A DNA stretch of 64,000 nucleotides, taken from positions 16,350 to 80,349 of the forward strand of contig NZ_JAXMNR010000012.1 in NCBI RefSeq assembly GCF_034670325.1, in the 5' to 3' direction. Positions 1 through 9,360 of this stretch are shown in pieces. Numbering within the stretch: the stretch's first letter is position 1; every line of letters begins with the position of its first letter. The notes beneath the pieces are model-generated. The model searched no databases and was not told the DNA's origin. It saw only the letters and a program-made list of their open reading frames with translations. The translations under genes were made by a program, and so were the position numbers. The stretch comes from Antarctobacter sp. Lineage in GTDB: Bacteria > Pseudomonadota > Alphaproteobacteria > Rhodobacterales > Rhodobacteraceae.

Positions 1-28
1 CCGGCTGCCAGAACAAGACGCCGCTGAG

Positions 29-343
29 GTGCAACCCCAGTTTACTTGGCGCAAACACGCCAAGCTGCAGGAATTTATGGAGCAGCTGTTTGTGACCCGA
101 ACTGGAACCGATGCCGCCGAGTTGAATTGCGCCGAACTGGAGCTGCAGTCCGAAGACATCGCCACGCTTCAAGCTATGGTCGAACACGGCGAATTACCGG
201 CCAGTCCCGGTGGCTTTTTCTATGGCCATCAGTTTCAGGACGAATCTGCCTCGGAATACCGCACCCGCGATCTGGAATTCTGCCAATGGGCGCGGGCTAT
301 TTTGCAAACTCGCGCCAAGGTCTTCTATTCCTGCTGGTGGTAG
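29..343 (+). CDS. hypothetical protein (island cargo)
   Basis: 104-aa ORF with no recognisable motif. Co-directional with, and 27 nt upstream of, the next ORF. Lies inside the integrase-bounded element left of tRNA-Phe. Confidence 0.4.
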   Translation: MQPQFTWRKHAKLQEFMEQLFVTRTGTDAAELNCAELELQSEDIATLQAMVEHGELPASPGGFFYGHQFQDESASEYRTRDLEFCQWARAILQTRAKVFYSCWW

Positions 344-370
344 CGCGTTCTTCTCTTTTCACCGCTTAAA

Positions 371-1120
371 ATGTCTACTCGCGCCACGATTACAGTCGCT
401 GATGATCGCGACAACTTCGATCTCTATCAGCATCATGACGGTTACCCCGAAGGACCCCACGGTCTGGTTCGGCACATCGCCATGGCCCGTCGCCTCGCCT
501 GGGATCTCCCTCGTTTTGAGGCGGCGGATTTTGCGGCGGCGGTAATCGCGGTCCTGAAGGATCGCGGGGGGTCGACCTATCTGACCCAGGACGCTGAAGC
601 CCATGCCGATCGGTCCTTCCATTACCGTATCGAACCAGTGCGGGAAAACTACGCGACGCGGGTGATGCTTACGATCAGTCGTCCCAGTTGGGACCGAAGC
701 CAGCCCGATGTTGAGGTTTTTCATGGTGAGCTGCAGTCGGCAGTTTCGAAATTTAATGCCATCGGTGAGACCGCTATCCAACCGCGCGAATACCAAACCC
801 TTATGACCGCCGAGGGGGCGCTGTGGCGGGCGCACGAAGAGATCCGCGCGCTGTGCGGGGAACGGCCCGACCCAGATACCGAAAAGGTCTTCGAAGATAT
901 CGAGGACGCCAGCCGAGACTTAGCCTCACTGCGTTATCATCTAGAACACAACGATCCATGGCGCACGCTTGCCCACACAGAAAAAGCTTTGGCGCGCGTT
1001 CGCGAATCCAGTGACACTCCGATTGCCGGGTTGCCAACCGTTAAGGTCAAATTGACTATGGATGCGCACCGAAGATTTCAACGTGAACTGACAGCGGATT
1101 TCGAGATTTCAGAAGAGTGA
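371..1120 (+). CDS. hypothetical protein (island cargo)
   Basis: 249-aa ORF with GC-rich codon usage typical of the host. No recognisable domain from sequence. Confidence 0.5.
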   Translation: MSTRATITVADDRDNFDLYQHHDGYPEGPHGLVRHIAMARRLAWDLPRFEAADFAAAVIAVLKDRGGSTYLTQDAEAHADRSFHYRIEPVRENYATRVMLTISRPSWDRSQPDVEVFHGELQSAVSKFNAIGETAIQPREYQTLMTAEGALWRAHEEIRALCGERPDPDTEKVFEDIEDASRDLASLRYHLEHNDPWRTLAHTEKALARVRESSDTPIAGLPTVKVKLTMDAHRRFQRELTADFEISEE

Positions 1121-1477
1121 GCCTTGCCGATCGTCCTCTTCCATTCGCGTCCAGCTCGGATCTTTAGCGGCCTCGTCCAGCCACCAGAACACAAAGGCGA
1201 CAGGATCGTGGTCAAACTCGGCCAAAGCGTCTGCACCGTTCAGAAAATGCGACCGGTAGCCTGTTTCCGTGATCGGTAGCAGGCGTTTTTCGGCACTGCG
1301 AATCTCGATGTGTTGGGTGACAAAACCATCCTCCGGAACCGAGAACCAACTTGGGCAGTGCCGGATTTCTACAGCGATATCCCGCCATGTCATTTGATAG
1401 ATTTCATACTCGGCTCGTTCACACCTTTCCGGGATTTCCATTTTTCTCAGCGTATGCGCGAAGGCGAAAACCGCCAA
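1109..1477 (-). CDS. hypothetical protein (island cargo)
   Basis: 122-aa ORF convergent with the 371..1120 ORF. No recognisable motif. Confidence 0.4.
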   Translation of the reverse strand: MAVFAFAHTLRKMEIPERCERAEYEIYQMTWRDIAVEIRHCPSWFSVPEDGFVTQHIEIRSAEKRLLPITETGYRSHFLNGADALAEFDHDPVAFVFWWLDEAAKDPSWTRMEEDDRQGSLF

Positions 1478-1695
1478 TTTTGCACAGTTTCGGGATCGTT
1501 GGGCGACTGGGCGTATCGACGACGCAGATCGCCGAAGCTCTCTCCCTCGAGATGATCAGAGCGGACTCCGTTGATCTTCCAAGGCCTGCAAAGCTTGCAA
1601 CCGGCTCTTCGGTTACGGGGGCGTTTTTTCTTGTGATGCATACGCATTCTCCTTGGGTTGGCTTTGACCTGTCCAACTCCTAACAGACTGAATGT

Positions 1696-1953
1696 TTGGA
1701 AAAACGGGACGAAACTCCGTCTCTGACTTTGGCGCGCATGGCCCTGCATGATCCGAGCATGAGCATTCTGACACCCCAAGAATTCGCGCAAATGGAGCAA
1801 CTGCTCGCCAACCTCCTGCCGCACATGCGGCCCGACGAAGAGGCTACGCTGCTTCACTTGCATGCACGCCTGCAGATGATTTACGAGGCGCAGTCCGGTT
1901 TAAATGCATCGCGTAATCGCCTTATGGCGTTGGGATCGAAAACGCCGCGATGA
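1696..1953 (+). CDS. hypothetical small protein
   Basis: 85-aa ORF whose 3' end overlaps the integrase 3' end convergently. Possibly an excisionase-like accessory gene. Weak evidence. Confidence 0.25.
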   Translation: MEKRDETPSLTLARMALHDPSMSILTPQEFAQMEQLLANLLPHMRPDEEATLLHLHARLQMIYEAQSGLNASRNRLMALGSKTPR

Positions 1954-3214
1954 TGTCGCGCAACTCAGTTAGGTCTTTCCCATACCCATATTTCGGACGC
2001 TGGAATTTGTGCCCCATAAGCTGCGCCTGCGCTCGGTCCACAACGTCACGCTTGGTCAGTTGATCCTGAAACCAATGGCGCAGACTATACAAACTTTGAC
2101 GCTTGTCAGTGACGATGCCGCTATCGCGCAGATTACGATTGATGATGCTGGTGGCGTACATATTTTTGCCCAGCCGTTTCCCCCAGCCGCCTGCCACCAC
2201 CAATTCCTCGGCGGCAGCCAATGACACCCCGAGAAGCGGCAGCAGCCTTTCAGAATGATCGGTCTTTAGCCCGCGCACCGCGTTCTTGCGCACGTGGACA
2301 TGCGGAACCTCGTGCTCCAGGATCACGTCATCTAATTCCAACCCGATCGCTTCGACCGGGCGCATACCGGTGTTCACCAACAGGTGTACGAGCCGCATAA
2401 AATCAGAAGCAAGATTTGGTAAAGCTGCGGGCTTGATGAGGGCGCGAATTTGTTCGGTTTCCAAAGGAATGCGGGACACCTCAGCTGTTTCTTTCAGGCG
2501 CACCCCTGAAAAGGGATTGGACTTAGACAGTCCGTCAATGTCGTAGTTCACCCCAAACAGACGCCGGAGAGAATTGATCTCACGGTTGCCTGTGTAGGGC
2601 TTGAGGCCCTTAGCCTCGACCCGTTCCACCCACCAACTACGGAACTGAACGGCGTGACGGCGTTCCACTTGAGAAAATGGAATGTTGCCCACGGCTTCTT
2701 CAAAGCTGCGTATGGCCTTGAGGTAAATGTTGCGTTTGACGCGTTGCTGGTCGTGACTGAGCCGGCTCCACTCGTCTTTGATGTAGTCCCAGAAGCGATC
2801 AAAGGCGTCTCCCAACGAGAACTCAGGTTCGGGCATCATGCCCAAGATCGCTTTTTGTTCCGGAGCGCTATGCTGTCCGAGGATTAGCAAGCGCAGCCTA
2901 TCCAGCAGATCCCCATCGGTTAGATCAGAGGCTGCTTTGGGCACTAACCCGTGCAGGTGTTGCAGGGCAGCGGCAGCGCGGTAGCGATCGGCGGCATCTT
3001 GTGCGCACAGTGACACGCCCCGCTCCTTGGCATCGTACCAATCCTGATCGAGGTCGCGTGAGATTTGAGCGGCAAGCAACCTAGCGTCGGCGAAGTCACG
3101 GGTATGGAGCGAGAAGCGGATGAGTTCTCTGGACTCAACGTCACGATAGCGGACGGGACGCCGTCGCTGGTAATGCCAGATGTCTCGGATCTGCTTGAGA
3201 TGTAGCCCTCTCAT
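1922..3214 (-). CDS. int: tyrosine-type phage integrase
   Basis: 430-aa product. Its C-terminal region contains the conserved R, H-x-x-R and Y residues (LRHWFQDQL ... YGYG) of the tyrosine recombinase catalytic domain. It lies directly downstream of the 3' end of tRNA-Phe. Confidence 0.85.
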   Translation of the reverse strand: MRGLHLKQIRDIWHYQRRRPVRYRDVESRELIRFSLHTRDFADARLLAAQISRDLDQDWYDAKERGVSLCAQDAADRYRAAAALQHLHGLVPKAASDLTDGDLLDRLRLLILGQHSAPEQKAILGMMPEPEFSLGDAFDRFWDYIKDEWSRLSHDQQRVKRNIYLKAIRSFEEAVGNIPFSQVERRHAVQFRSWWVERVEAKGLKPYTGNREINSLRRLFGVNYDIDGLSKSNPFSGVRLKETAEVSRIPLETEQIRALIKPAALPNLASDFMRLVHLLVNTGMRPVEAIGLELDDVILEHEVPHVHVRKNAVRGLKTDHSERLLPLLGVSLAAAEELVVAGGWGKRLGKNMYATSIINRNLRDSGIVTDKRQSLYSLRHWFQDQLTKRDVVDRAQAQLMGHKFQRPKYGYGKDLTELRDIIAAFSIPTP

Positions 3215-3334
3215 GATTTTCCTCGCTTGCTACAAATCGAGCTACAAGCGCGATTTGCGGGGTGGCGAAGACGAAAATAGAAACCAATGGTCCCAACTAC
3301 TTAGGGACGGAGTGCCGTTTGCTCTTGAAGCTAA

Positions 3335-3411
3335 TGGTGCCCGGGGGCGGAATCGAACCACCGACACGAGGATTTTCAATCCACTGCTCTACCCCTGAGC
3401 TACCCGGGCAC
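3335..3411 (-). tRNA. tRNA-Phe (anticodon GAA)
   Basis: The reverse complement reads GTGCCCGGGTAGCTCAGGGGTAGAGCAGTGGATTGAAAATCC...GGTTCGATTCCGCCCCCGGGCACCA. D-arm, T-arm and a 7-bp acceptor stem are canonical. The anticodon loop is TTGAAAA. Confidence 0.85.
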
Positions 3412-3544
3412 GGGAGAAGGTTTTCCTTCGGGTGGAGGCGGTTTAGCCGAGGTCCGACCCGGTGTCCAGCAGGTTTTCCAACTGTTTTTTCATCCGGTGA
3501 AACCACCTCTTTCAAAGCGTATCGGGGCAGGCTACATCCTTCGA

Positions 3545-4603
3545 ATGGCTCTCGTCGCGGAAACCCTCAACACATTTTTCACACATGATTTCGACTGTGT
3601 GATCGACGTCCGTAGTCCGGCGGAATTTGCAGAAGACCGGGTTCCCGGGGCCATCAACCTTCCGGTTCTAGACAACGAAGAGCGCGCGCGGGTTGGGACG
3701 ATTTACAAGCAGGAAAGCCCCTTCAAAGCGCGGAAAATCGGCGCGGCTCTGGTGTTTCGCAATGCGGCGGCTCATATGGCAGGGCCACTGGCTCACCATC
3801 CCGGCGGCTGGCGGCCACTCGTATACTGTTGGCGGGGCGGGCAGCGGTCCGGGGCTTTCACCTGGATGCTGCGTGAGATCGGTTGGCGCGCCGAAGTGGT
3901 GCAGGGGGGCTACAAGACTTATCGCCGCCTCGTGACACGCGCGCTGTATGATAACGCGTTGCCGCACCGCCTTGTTCAACTGGGTGGATACACTGGAACG
4001 GCCAAGACAGCGCTCTTGCCGCGATTGGGCGCGCGCGGGATTCAGGTGCTGGATCTTGAAGGTCTGGCGCGGCACCGCGGATCGCTTCTGGGGGAGATGC
4101 CCGGAGGCCAGCCCGCGCAAAAGGGTTTCGAATCCGATCTTGTCCGGGCGTTGCACGCGCTTGACCCGGCATTGCCGGTAGTGGTTGAGGCGGAAAGCAG
4201 CAAGATTGGTCAGATCAACCTACCGCCCGCGCTTTGGGATGCGATGAAATCCGCGCCGTGGATCGAGATTGCCGCCCCGATTGAGGCGCGCGCGCGGTAC
4301 TTGGCGGAGGCATACGAGGATATTCTTGCCGATGGGCCACGTCTGACCCAAAAGCTTGCACCTCTCCGCTTTTTTCGGGGTCATGGGATTGTGGACCGAT
4401 GGGATACGATGATCGCCGACGGGGCGCGGCTGGCATTGTGCCAGTCCTTGGCCGAGGATCATTACGATCCGGCCTACCGCACCTCGATGCGCGCGCACGC
4501 GCCCCGCATCCTTCACCGCGAAGAGACGTCCTCACTGACGCCTAAAGCACTGGATAAACTCGCCGACCGGCTGGCCGGGCACCTTCAGAAAATCCGGATC
4601 TGA
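3545..4603 (+). CDS. selU: tRNA 2-selenouridine synthase (rhodanese + P-loop)
   Basis: Rhodanese active-site Cys motif CWRGGQRSG. A rhodanese (DVRSPAEF) N-terminus and a C-terminal P-loop-like region resemble E. coli SelU (MnmH/YbbB). The start is placed at MALVAETL; the ORF extends further upstream to 3497. Confidence 0.8.
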   Translation: MALVAETLNTFFTHDFDCVIDVRSPAEFAEDRVPGAINLPVLDNEERARVGTIYKQESPFKARKIGAALVFRNAAAHMAGPLAHHPGGWRPLVYCWRGGQRSGAFTWMLREIGWRAEVVQGGYKTYRRLVTRALYDNALPHRLVQLGGYTGTAKTALLPRLGARGIQVLDLEGLARHRGSLLGEMPGGQPAQKGFESDLVRALHALDPALPVVVEAESSKIGQINLPPALWDAMKSAPWIEIAAPIEARARYLAEAYEDILADGPRLTQKLAPLRFFRGHGIVDRWDTMIADGARLALCQSLAEDHYDPAYRTSMRAHAPRILHREETSSLTPKALDKLADRLAGHLQKIRI

Positions 4604-6711
4604 CCTGTCTCTGCCGTGATCCGCCCGATATCGCAGGCACTATATCCCGCAGCGCGCAAGTCGGCGACCAATTGTCCCGCGTCCCCCTGCACCGCCGCCA
4701 ACAAGCCGCCGGATGTTTGCGGGTCTATCAACAAATCATGCCGCGGCGTGTCTGGGAGATCGGGGAAGGGGGCGCGGTTGTCGGGGTAAAGGCTCGACCG
4801 GACGCCGCTGGCGGACAGGGCCAGCGCGCCGGACATCAGCGGCACCGCGTCCAGGGTCACATCCGCGCCGACCGATGAATTCAGACATATATTGCGTAGA
4901 TGGCCCAGCAATCCAAAGCCGGTAACATCCGTCATCGCATGAGCTTCTTTGAGGATTGTGGCTGCTTGCGCCTGTGATTGCACCATCAGACCAAGCGCGG
5001 CGCGCACGTCCTCGCCGCGCGCCTTACCGCCCATTTCGGCGGCCATAATAATCCCTGACCCCAAAGGTTTTGTCAGGATCAGCCTGTCGCCCGCACGCGC
5101 ACCACCCAGCCCGATGGGCTTGTGATCACATACGCCGGTCACGGTAAAGCCTATCGTCAGTTCCGACCCTTGCGAGCTGTGTCCGCCGATAATGTCTGCC
5201 CCGGCTTCGCCCATCACCTCGCGGGCAACGGTCATGATCTCGCGTAGTGTCCGCGCCGCGAGCGCGGGGGACACACGCGGCAGGATGAGGTTGGTCAGCA
5301 CCGCCTTCGGTTGCGCGCCCATGGCCCATATGTCGCCCAAGGCATGTTGCGCGGTGATACGGGTCATGATCGCGGGGTCCGGAACGATCTCGCGCAGGTG
5401 GTCCGTGCTGATCACTGTATGGACCCCGCCAATGTCGATCACCGCCGCGTCATCTCCGGGCAAGCCCCCCGGTTCAAGCGCCTGCTGCAACGCGCCCTGA
5501 CCCAGTTTGGCACCACATCCCCCACACAGCACCTTGTCGCCAAGCGCCTCTGCCCCTGCGGCCCGAACAATGGGGAGCGGCGTGGGGGCCATTTGAGGCA
5601 GGTCTTGGAATTTCAACATGAATTTACGGTCAATACGATCTTTCCAACGCCAGACCCAAGGTCCAGAGAATGACAGTCCAAATCGATCGCCAAGGGCCGA
5701 TTTACCGCCCAGAGACAGCAGTTTCAGATAGTCGCTCTGGGGGTGATAGCTGCGAATTTGCCCCGTTTCGCGCAATGCAGCCCGCAGGTTCCGCGTAAGG
5801 ATCGGTGCCTGTCGCACCGCGTAAACCCCAGCCTTGGGGCGCGGCGCAAATGCCATATCGGCGCAATCGCCAACGGCAAAGACATGTCGATCTGAACTCT
5901 GCAAACCCGCGTCTACGGTAACAAAGCCGTCTCGATGGGCCAGTCCGGTCTCTGCAAGCCAGGCATGCGGACGGGCACCAGCGGCGCCACAGACGAAATC
6001 GGCCTCGATCAATCGGTTCGCAAGCCGGACGCCATTGGCGGTGACCTCTATGACGTCGGCGGCTTCGTGGACCTCAATCCCGGCCTCACTCAACGCGCGC
6101 CGCATCCGCCGGGCCGAACGCGCCGGGAGAGCGGCCAACGCCTTGTCCCGTTCGATCAGATACAGACGGGCAAGGCGCCCGGCCTTGGCCAAGGCATAGC
6201 TCATCGCAAGGATCAGTTCGGCGCCCGCCACGCCGCCGCCGATTACGGCGACAGACGCGGGTTCCTCTGTAGATAGATAGCTCTGCCAGGCGACAGCGAA
6301 CCCCTCCAACGGTTTTGCCGGAACCGCATGTTCGGCAAAACCGGGTAACTCCGGCATGGCGGTGGTGATCCCCACGTCGATGCTAGCCAGATCGAATACA
6401 ATTGGTGGACGATCCGCCACGCGGATTTCTCTGTGGTGCAGGTCAATTTCTGTTGCTGCCCCAAGGACCAATCGGGCACCGGCAAAATGCGCCAGTTTTA
6501 CAAGGTCAATTTCAAGCGTCTCGCGCGGATAATGTCCCGCGATATGCCCCGGCAGCATTCCGGAATAGGCCGCCGTCGGGTTTGGGCTGATCAACGTGAG
6601 GCGGGCACCGGGCAGCGGGTTCATTCCCCAGGATCGAAGGACCAGCGCGTGGGTGTGGCCGCCGCCGATCAGCACCAGATCGCGGGTCAAAGGATGGGGC
6701 GTTGACTGCAT
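4585..6711 (-). CDS. selD: selenide, water dikinase SelD fused to an N-terminal pyridine nucleotide-disulfide oxidoreductase domain
   Basis: The N-terminal half has a GGGHTH FAD/NAD Rossmann motif. The C-terminal half carries the SelD signature VLCGGCGAK (a Cys, not Sec, form) and AIR-synthase-like domains. The start is set at MQSTP, which has a GAAGGAGG Shine-Dalgarno 5 nt upstream; the ORF continues to 6729. Its 3' end overlaps selU convergently. Confidence 0.8.
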   Translation of the reverse strand: MQSTPHPLTRDLVLIGGGHTHALVLRSWGMNPLPGARLTLISPNPTAAYSGMLPGHIAGHYPRETLEIDLVKLAHFAGARLVLGAATEIDLHHREIRVADRPPIVFDLASIDVGITTAMPELPGFAEHAVPAKPLEGFAVAWQSYLSTEEPASVAVIGGGVAGAELILAMSYALAKAGRLARLYLIERDKALAALPARSARRMRRALSEAGIEVHEAADVIEVTANGVRLANRLIEADFVCGAAGARPHAWLAETGLAHRDGFVTVDAGLQSSDRHVFAVGDCADMAFAPRPKAGVYAVRQAPILTRNLRAALRETGQIRSYHPQSDYLKLLSLGGKSALGDRFGLSFSGPWVWRWKDRIDRKFMLKFQDLPQMAPTPLPIVRAAGAEALGDKVLCGGCGAKLGQGALQQALEPGGLPGDDAAVIDIGGVHTVISTDHLREIVPDPAIMTRITAQHALGDIWAMGAQPKAVLTNLILPRVSPALAARTLREIMTVAREVMGEAGADIIGGHSSQGSELTIGFTVTGVCDHKPIGLGGARAGDRLILTKPLGSGIIMAAEMGGKARGEDVRAALGLMVQSQAQAATILKEAHAMTDVTGFGLLGHLRNICLNSSVGADVTLDAVPLMSGALALSASGVRSSLYPDNRAPFPDLPDTPRHDLLIDPQTSGGLLAAVQGDAGQLVADLRAAGYSACDIGRITAETGQIRIF

Positions 6712-6777
6712 CTCTGCCTCCTTCGGCACACCGGGCCGCTTTCTGCGACAGCCCCCGGCATAGCGCCGAAGTGCGCG

Positions 6778-7311
6778 TCAGAAAAGTGTGATCTCGTCGG
6801 CAACGGGGCGTGGGATCGGTGTCGGTTTTTCTGGCGGCAGTGCAACAGATTCGGCCGAGACCAGCAGCTGACGCACCCGCCCGTCCGTCGGCCAAAAACG
6901 GATCCGCCGCGCTGCGGTACCAGCCACGCTTTCCGCGATACAGGGTATGCCTTCATCAGACAGGAATTTCCGGGCAAAGGCCGCGTTTGACGCGCCGATG
7001 TCGCGCAGGTTGCCCATCATGCTGGCGCCGCCGAAAATTTTGGCCTGCAGCCGGGCGCGCTCTGCCCCTTGGCGCAGCAAGCCGTTGATCAACAGTTCCA
7101 TGGCATAGGCACCATAGCGGACGTTTGCCCCGTCGCCGCCCTCGCGATTGGGCAAGAGGAAGTGATTGAGGCCTCCGATCCGGCGCGTTACGTCAAACAT
7201 GCAGACCGCGATGCAAGACCCCAGAACGGTGGTCAAAACAACCTCCGGGTCTTCGGAAATCTGGTATTCGCCCTGGATGACATTGACTACCTTTTCGGTC
7301 GACCCTCTCAT
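6778..7311 (-). CDS. cheD: chemoreceptor glutamine deamidase CheD
   Basis: 177-aa product containing the conserved CheD core LGSCIAVCMFD...GGLNHFLLP. Confidence 0.8.
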   Translation of the reverse strand: MRGSTEKVVNVIQGEYQISEDPEVVLTTVLGSCIAVCMFDVTRRIGGLNHFLLPNREGGDGANVRYGAYAMELLINGLLRQGAERARLQAKIFGGASMMGNLRDIGASNAAFARKFLSDEGIPCIAESVAGTAARRIRFWPTDGRVRQLLVSAESVALPPEKPTPIPRPVADEITLF

Positions 7312-8552
7312 TGTTGTATCTCCCTGGATACGCGCTTGGTCTCACCGTGTTCGCTGAGAAGTGCCTCCGCAATACGGTCGAGGGGTAGGATCCTGCGGAC
7401 ACTGCCGTTTTGAACAGCGGCGCGCGGCATTCCGTAAACAACACAGCTTGCCTCGTTCTGGGCGATGGTAAACGCCCCGGCCTCAAAGAGGGCTTTCATC
7501 CCGTCAGCACCGTCCCTTCCCATTCCGGTCAGGAGCGCAGCCGATACCCGCGTTGCAAGCGGGACTGCGGAGGCAAAGAGCATGTCGACCGACGGTATGT
7601 GCCCGGCGACGGGGGCTTCCTTGACACAAATCGCGCGTGTACCGGCACGGCCATCGATGACCAGATGGCTGCGCGTGCCCGCACCTATCAGGATTTGGCC
7701 CCGCCGAATGGGTAAGGGGCCGGTGGCAAGCAGCACGTTGGGCAGGCATTGTCGGTTCAAAAGCCCTGCAAGGCTCTCACCAAAGCCGAACCCGGTATGC
7801 TGCACGACCATTGTCGGCGGACAATCCTCGGGGAATTGCGTCAATACGCCAAGCAAGGCGTCAACGCCTCCTGTACTCGCCCCGATCAAAATCATGCGCC
7901 CGGCGCTGCTCGCGGTTTTTGCGATTGGGGGCGTCCTTGTGGGAGCCAGCGGGGAAGCGGGGCGCCGCGTTAGCGGAGCCTTTATTGCCGAACCCGGAGC
8001 GCGGATTACGCTCACATGGGGGGTTGCGGCGTGCTTCCTGCCTTGCGCCCCTGTCGAGGGTGCCGCCATCGGACGACTGTGTCCCGTTGTAGCGATACCT
8101 CTTGGAGTGGCCGATTTTTCAGCAGAGACCGTTGATGAAAGCGGTTTCTTGGTGTGGCAATGCTTGCGATCGGTGCGGGTCAACGCGCAAAGCTGCTGGA
8201 CATATAACTCTTCCGGCGCATCAGCCGGTATCGAGAAAATATCCGAACCGGGCTGATCAAAACCCACTGGGGCCGAAGGCAGCCGCGCTGACCGATTGGG
8301 CATCGTTACCACCAGCCAACGAATGTCGAGCGTTGCAAACAGGGCGCGCATGACTTCGAATTCTGGCAGGTTGGCCAAAACGTCGGCGATCAATACGGCG
8401 CTCGGCAGGCGCTCTTCGACAACGTTGTAGGTGTTCATCAGGTCGCCAGTTGTAGATACCACCTGGAAATCGACCATTTGGTCAACCAACCGTTCGAGCC
8501 GGGCCTGTTGCGCGCGATCCGGTGTTGCGATGACAACGGTCTTCCTAGGCAT
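7308..8552 (-). CDS. cheB: protein-glutamate methylesterase CheB (receiver + methylesterase)
   Basis: N-terminal receiver-like domain (VVIATPD ... LIAD). The C-terminal methylesterase domain carries ILIGASTGG, the HTGFGF motif and GMGRDGA. A Pro/Ala-rich linker joins the two. Confidence 0.8.
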   Translation of the reverse strand: MPRKTVVIATPDRAQQARLERLVDQMVDFQVVSTTGDLMNTYNVVEERLPSAVLIADVLANLPEFEVMRALFATLDIRWLVVTMPNRSARLPSAPVGFDQPGSDIFSIPADAPEELYVQQLCALTRTDRKHCHTKKPLSSTVSAEKSATPRGIATTGHSRPMAAPSTGAQGRKHAATPHVSVIRAPGSAIKAPLTRRPASPLAPTRTPPIAKTASSAGRMILIGASTGGVDALLGVLTQFPEDCPPTMVVQHTGFGFGESLAGLLNRQCLPNVLLATGPLPIRRGQILIGAGTRSHLVIDGRAGTRAICVKEAPVAGHIPSVDMLFASAVPLATRVSAALLTGMGRDGADGMKALFEAGAFTIAQNEASCVVYGMPRAAVQNGSVRRILPLDRIAEALLSEHGETKRVSREIQQ

Positions 8553-8608
8553 TTTTTACCTCCTGCGACGGTGTGTTCACACCTGAACCGGGCTAGGCGG
8601 CTGGCGCA

Positions 8609-8968
8609 TCAAAACAGTTCCGCGTGCCCGCCGGTGGCAGCGGAATTGACTGTTCCGCTTAGTCTGGTCGCCATGTCGCGAAGCGGCACGGCTGACAGTG
8701 CCTGCACCACATCCACCATTCCCGTTTCATCAGTCTCGGCAGAGATCTGTTCGAGGTAGTCCGCCAGAGCGCCAATCGACTGCCGTAGCATGTCCAGTTC
8801 CTGCAACATTCCGATGGACTTTGTATCGAACGCATGGGTTGCGTGGACGATGACGGTGTCTAGCCCATGCTCCAATCGCTCCAGCCGAACATACAGTCCC
8901 TCAAGTTCAGCCGAGGCCCGCCGGGTGGCCACTTTCAGGGGTAACGTGTTGTCTGCCACCGACGTCAT
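8609..8968 (-). CDS. hypothetical chemotaxis-operon protein (119 aa)
   Basis: ATGA start/stop overlap with the upstream cheY implies translational coupling. It occupies the slot between cheY and cheB. No recognisable motif. The ORF extends to 8995. Confidence 0.45.
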   Translation of the reverse strand: MTSVADNTLPLKVATRRASAELEGLYVRLERLEHGLDTVIVHATHAFDTKSIGMLQELDMLRQSIGALADYLEQISAETDETGMVDVVQALSAVPLRDMATRLSGTVNSAATGGHAELF

Positions 8969-9351
8969 AGGCGACCAACCACGCTTTCGATGCACTGTTT
9001 CATTGAGGCCGATGTAAACGGTTTCTTGATCATGTTATTGAGACCAAGCTGTTTTGCCTCCGCAACGATCTCTGGCGTAGGGCGCCCCGTGACAAGGATA
9101 AAGCCCATCTTCTTGAGGGCTTGGTGGCTGCGTACGGCCTTTAACAAGCCAAGCCCGTCCAGACCGGGCATGTTGTAGTCCGACAGGACCAGATGCACCG
9201 GGCTTGCGGCCATCCGACCAAACGCGGCACGACCGTCATTTTCGGTGACGTAGTTCTTGATCCCGATATCATCGAGGGCCTGGGTGATCAGGCCGCGGCT
9301 TGTTGCCATGTCATCGACGACCATGATCCTCAGAGAGTCCTTCAATCCCAT
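8965..9351 (-). CDS. cheY: chemotaxis response regulator CheY
   Basis: Single receiver domain with the expected DD...D...K residues (MVVDDMATSR ... LSDYNMPGLDG ... KKPF). Confidence 0.85.
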   Translation of the reverse strand: MGLKDSLRIMVVDDMATSRGLITQALDDIGIKNYVTENDGRAAFGRMAASPVHLVLSDYNMPGLDGLGLLKAVRSHQALKKMGFILVTGRPTPEIVAEAKQLGLNNMIKKPFTSASMKQCIESVVGRL

Positions 9352-9360
9352 AATGCTCTC

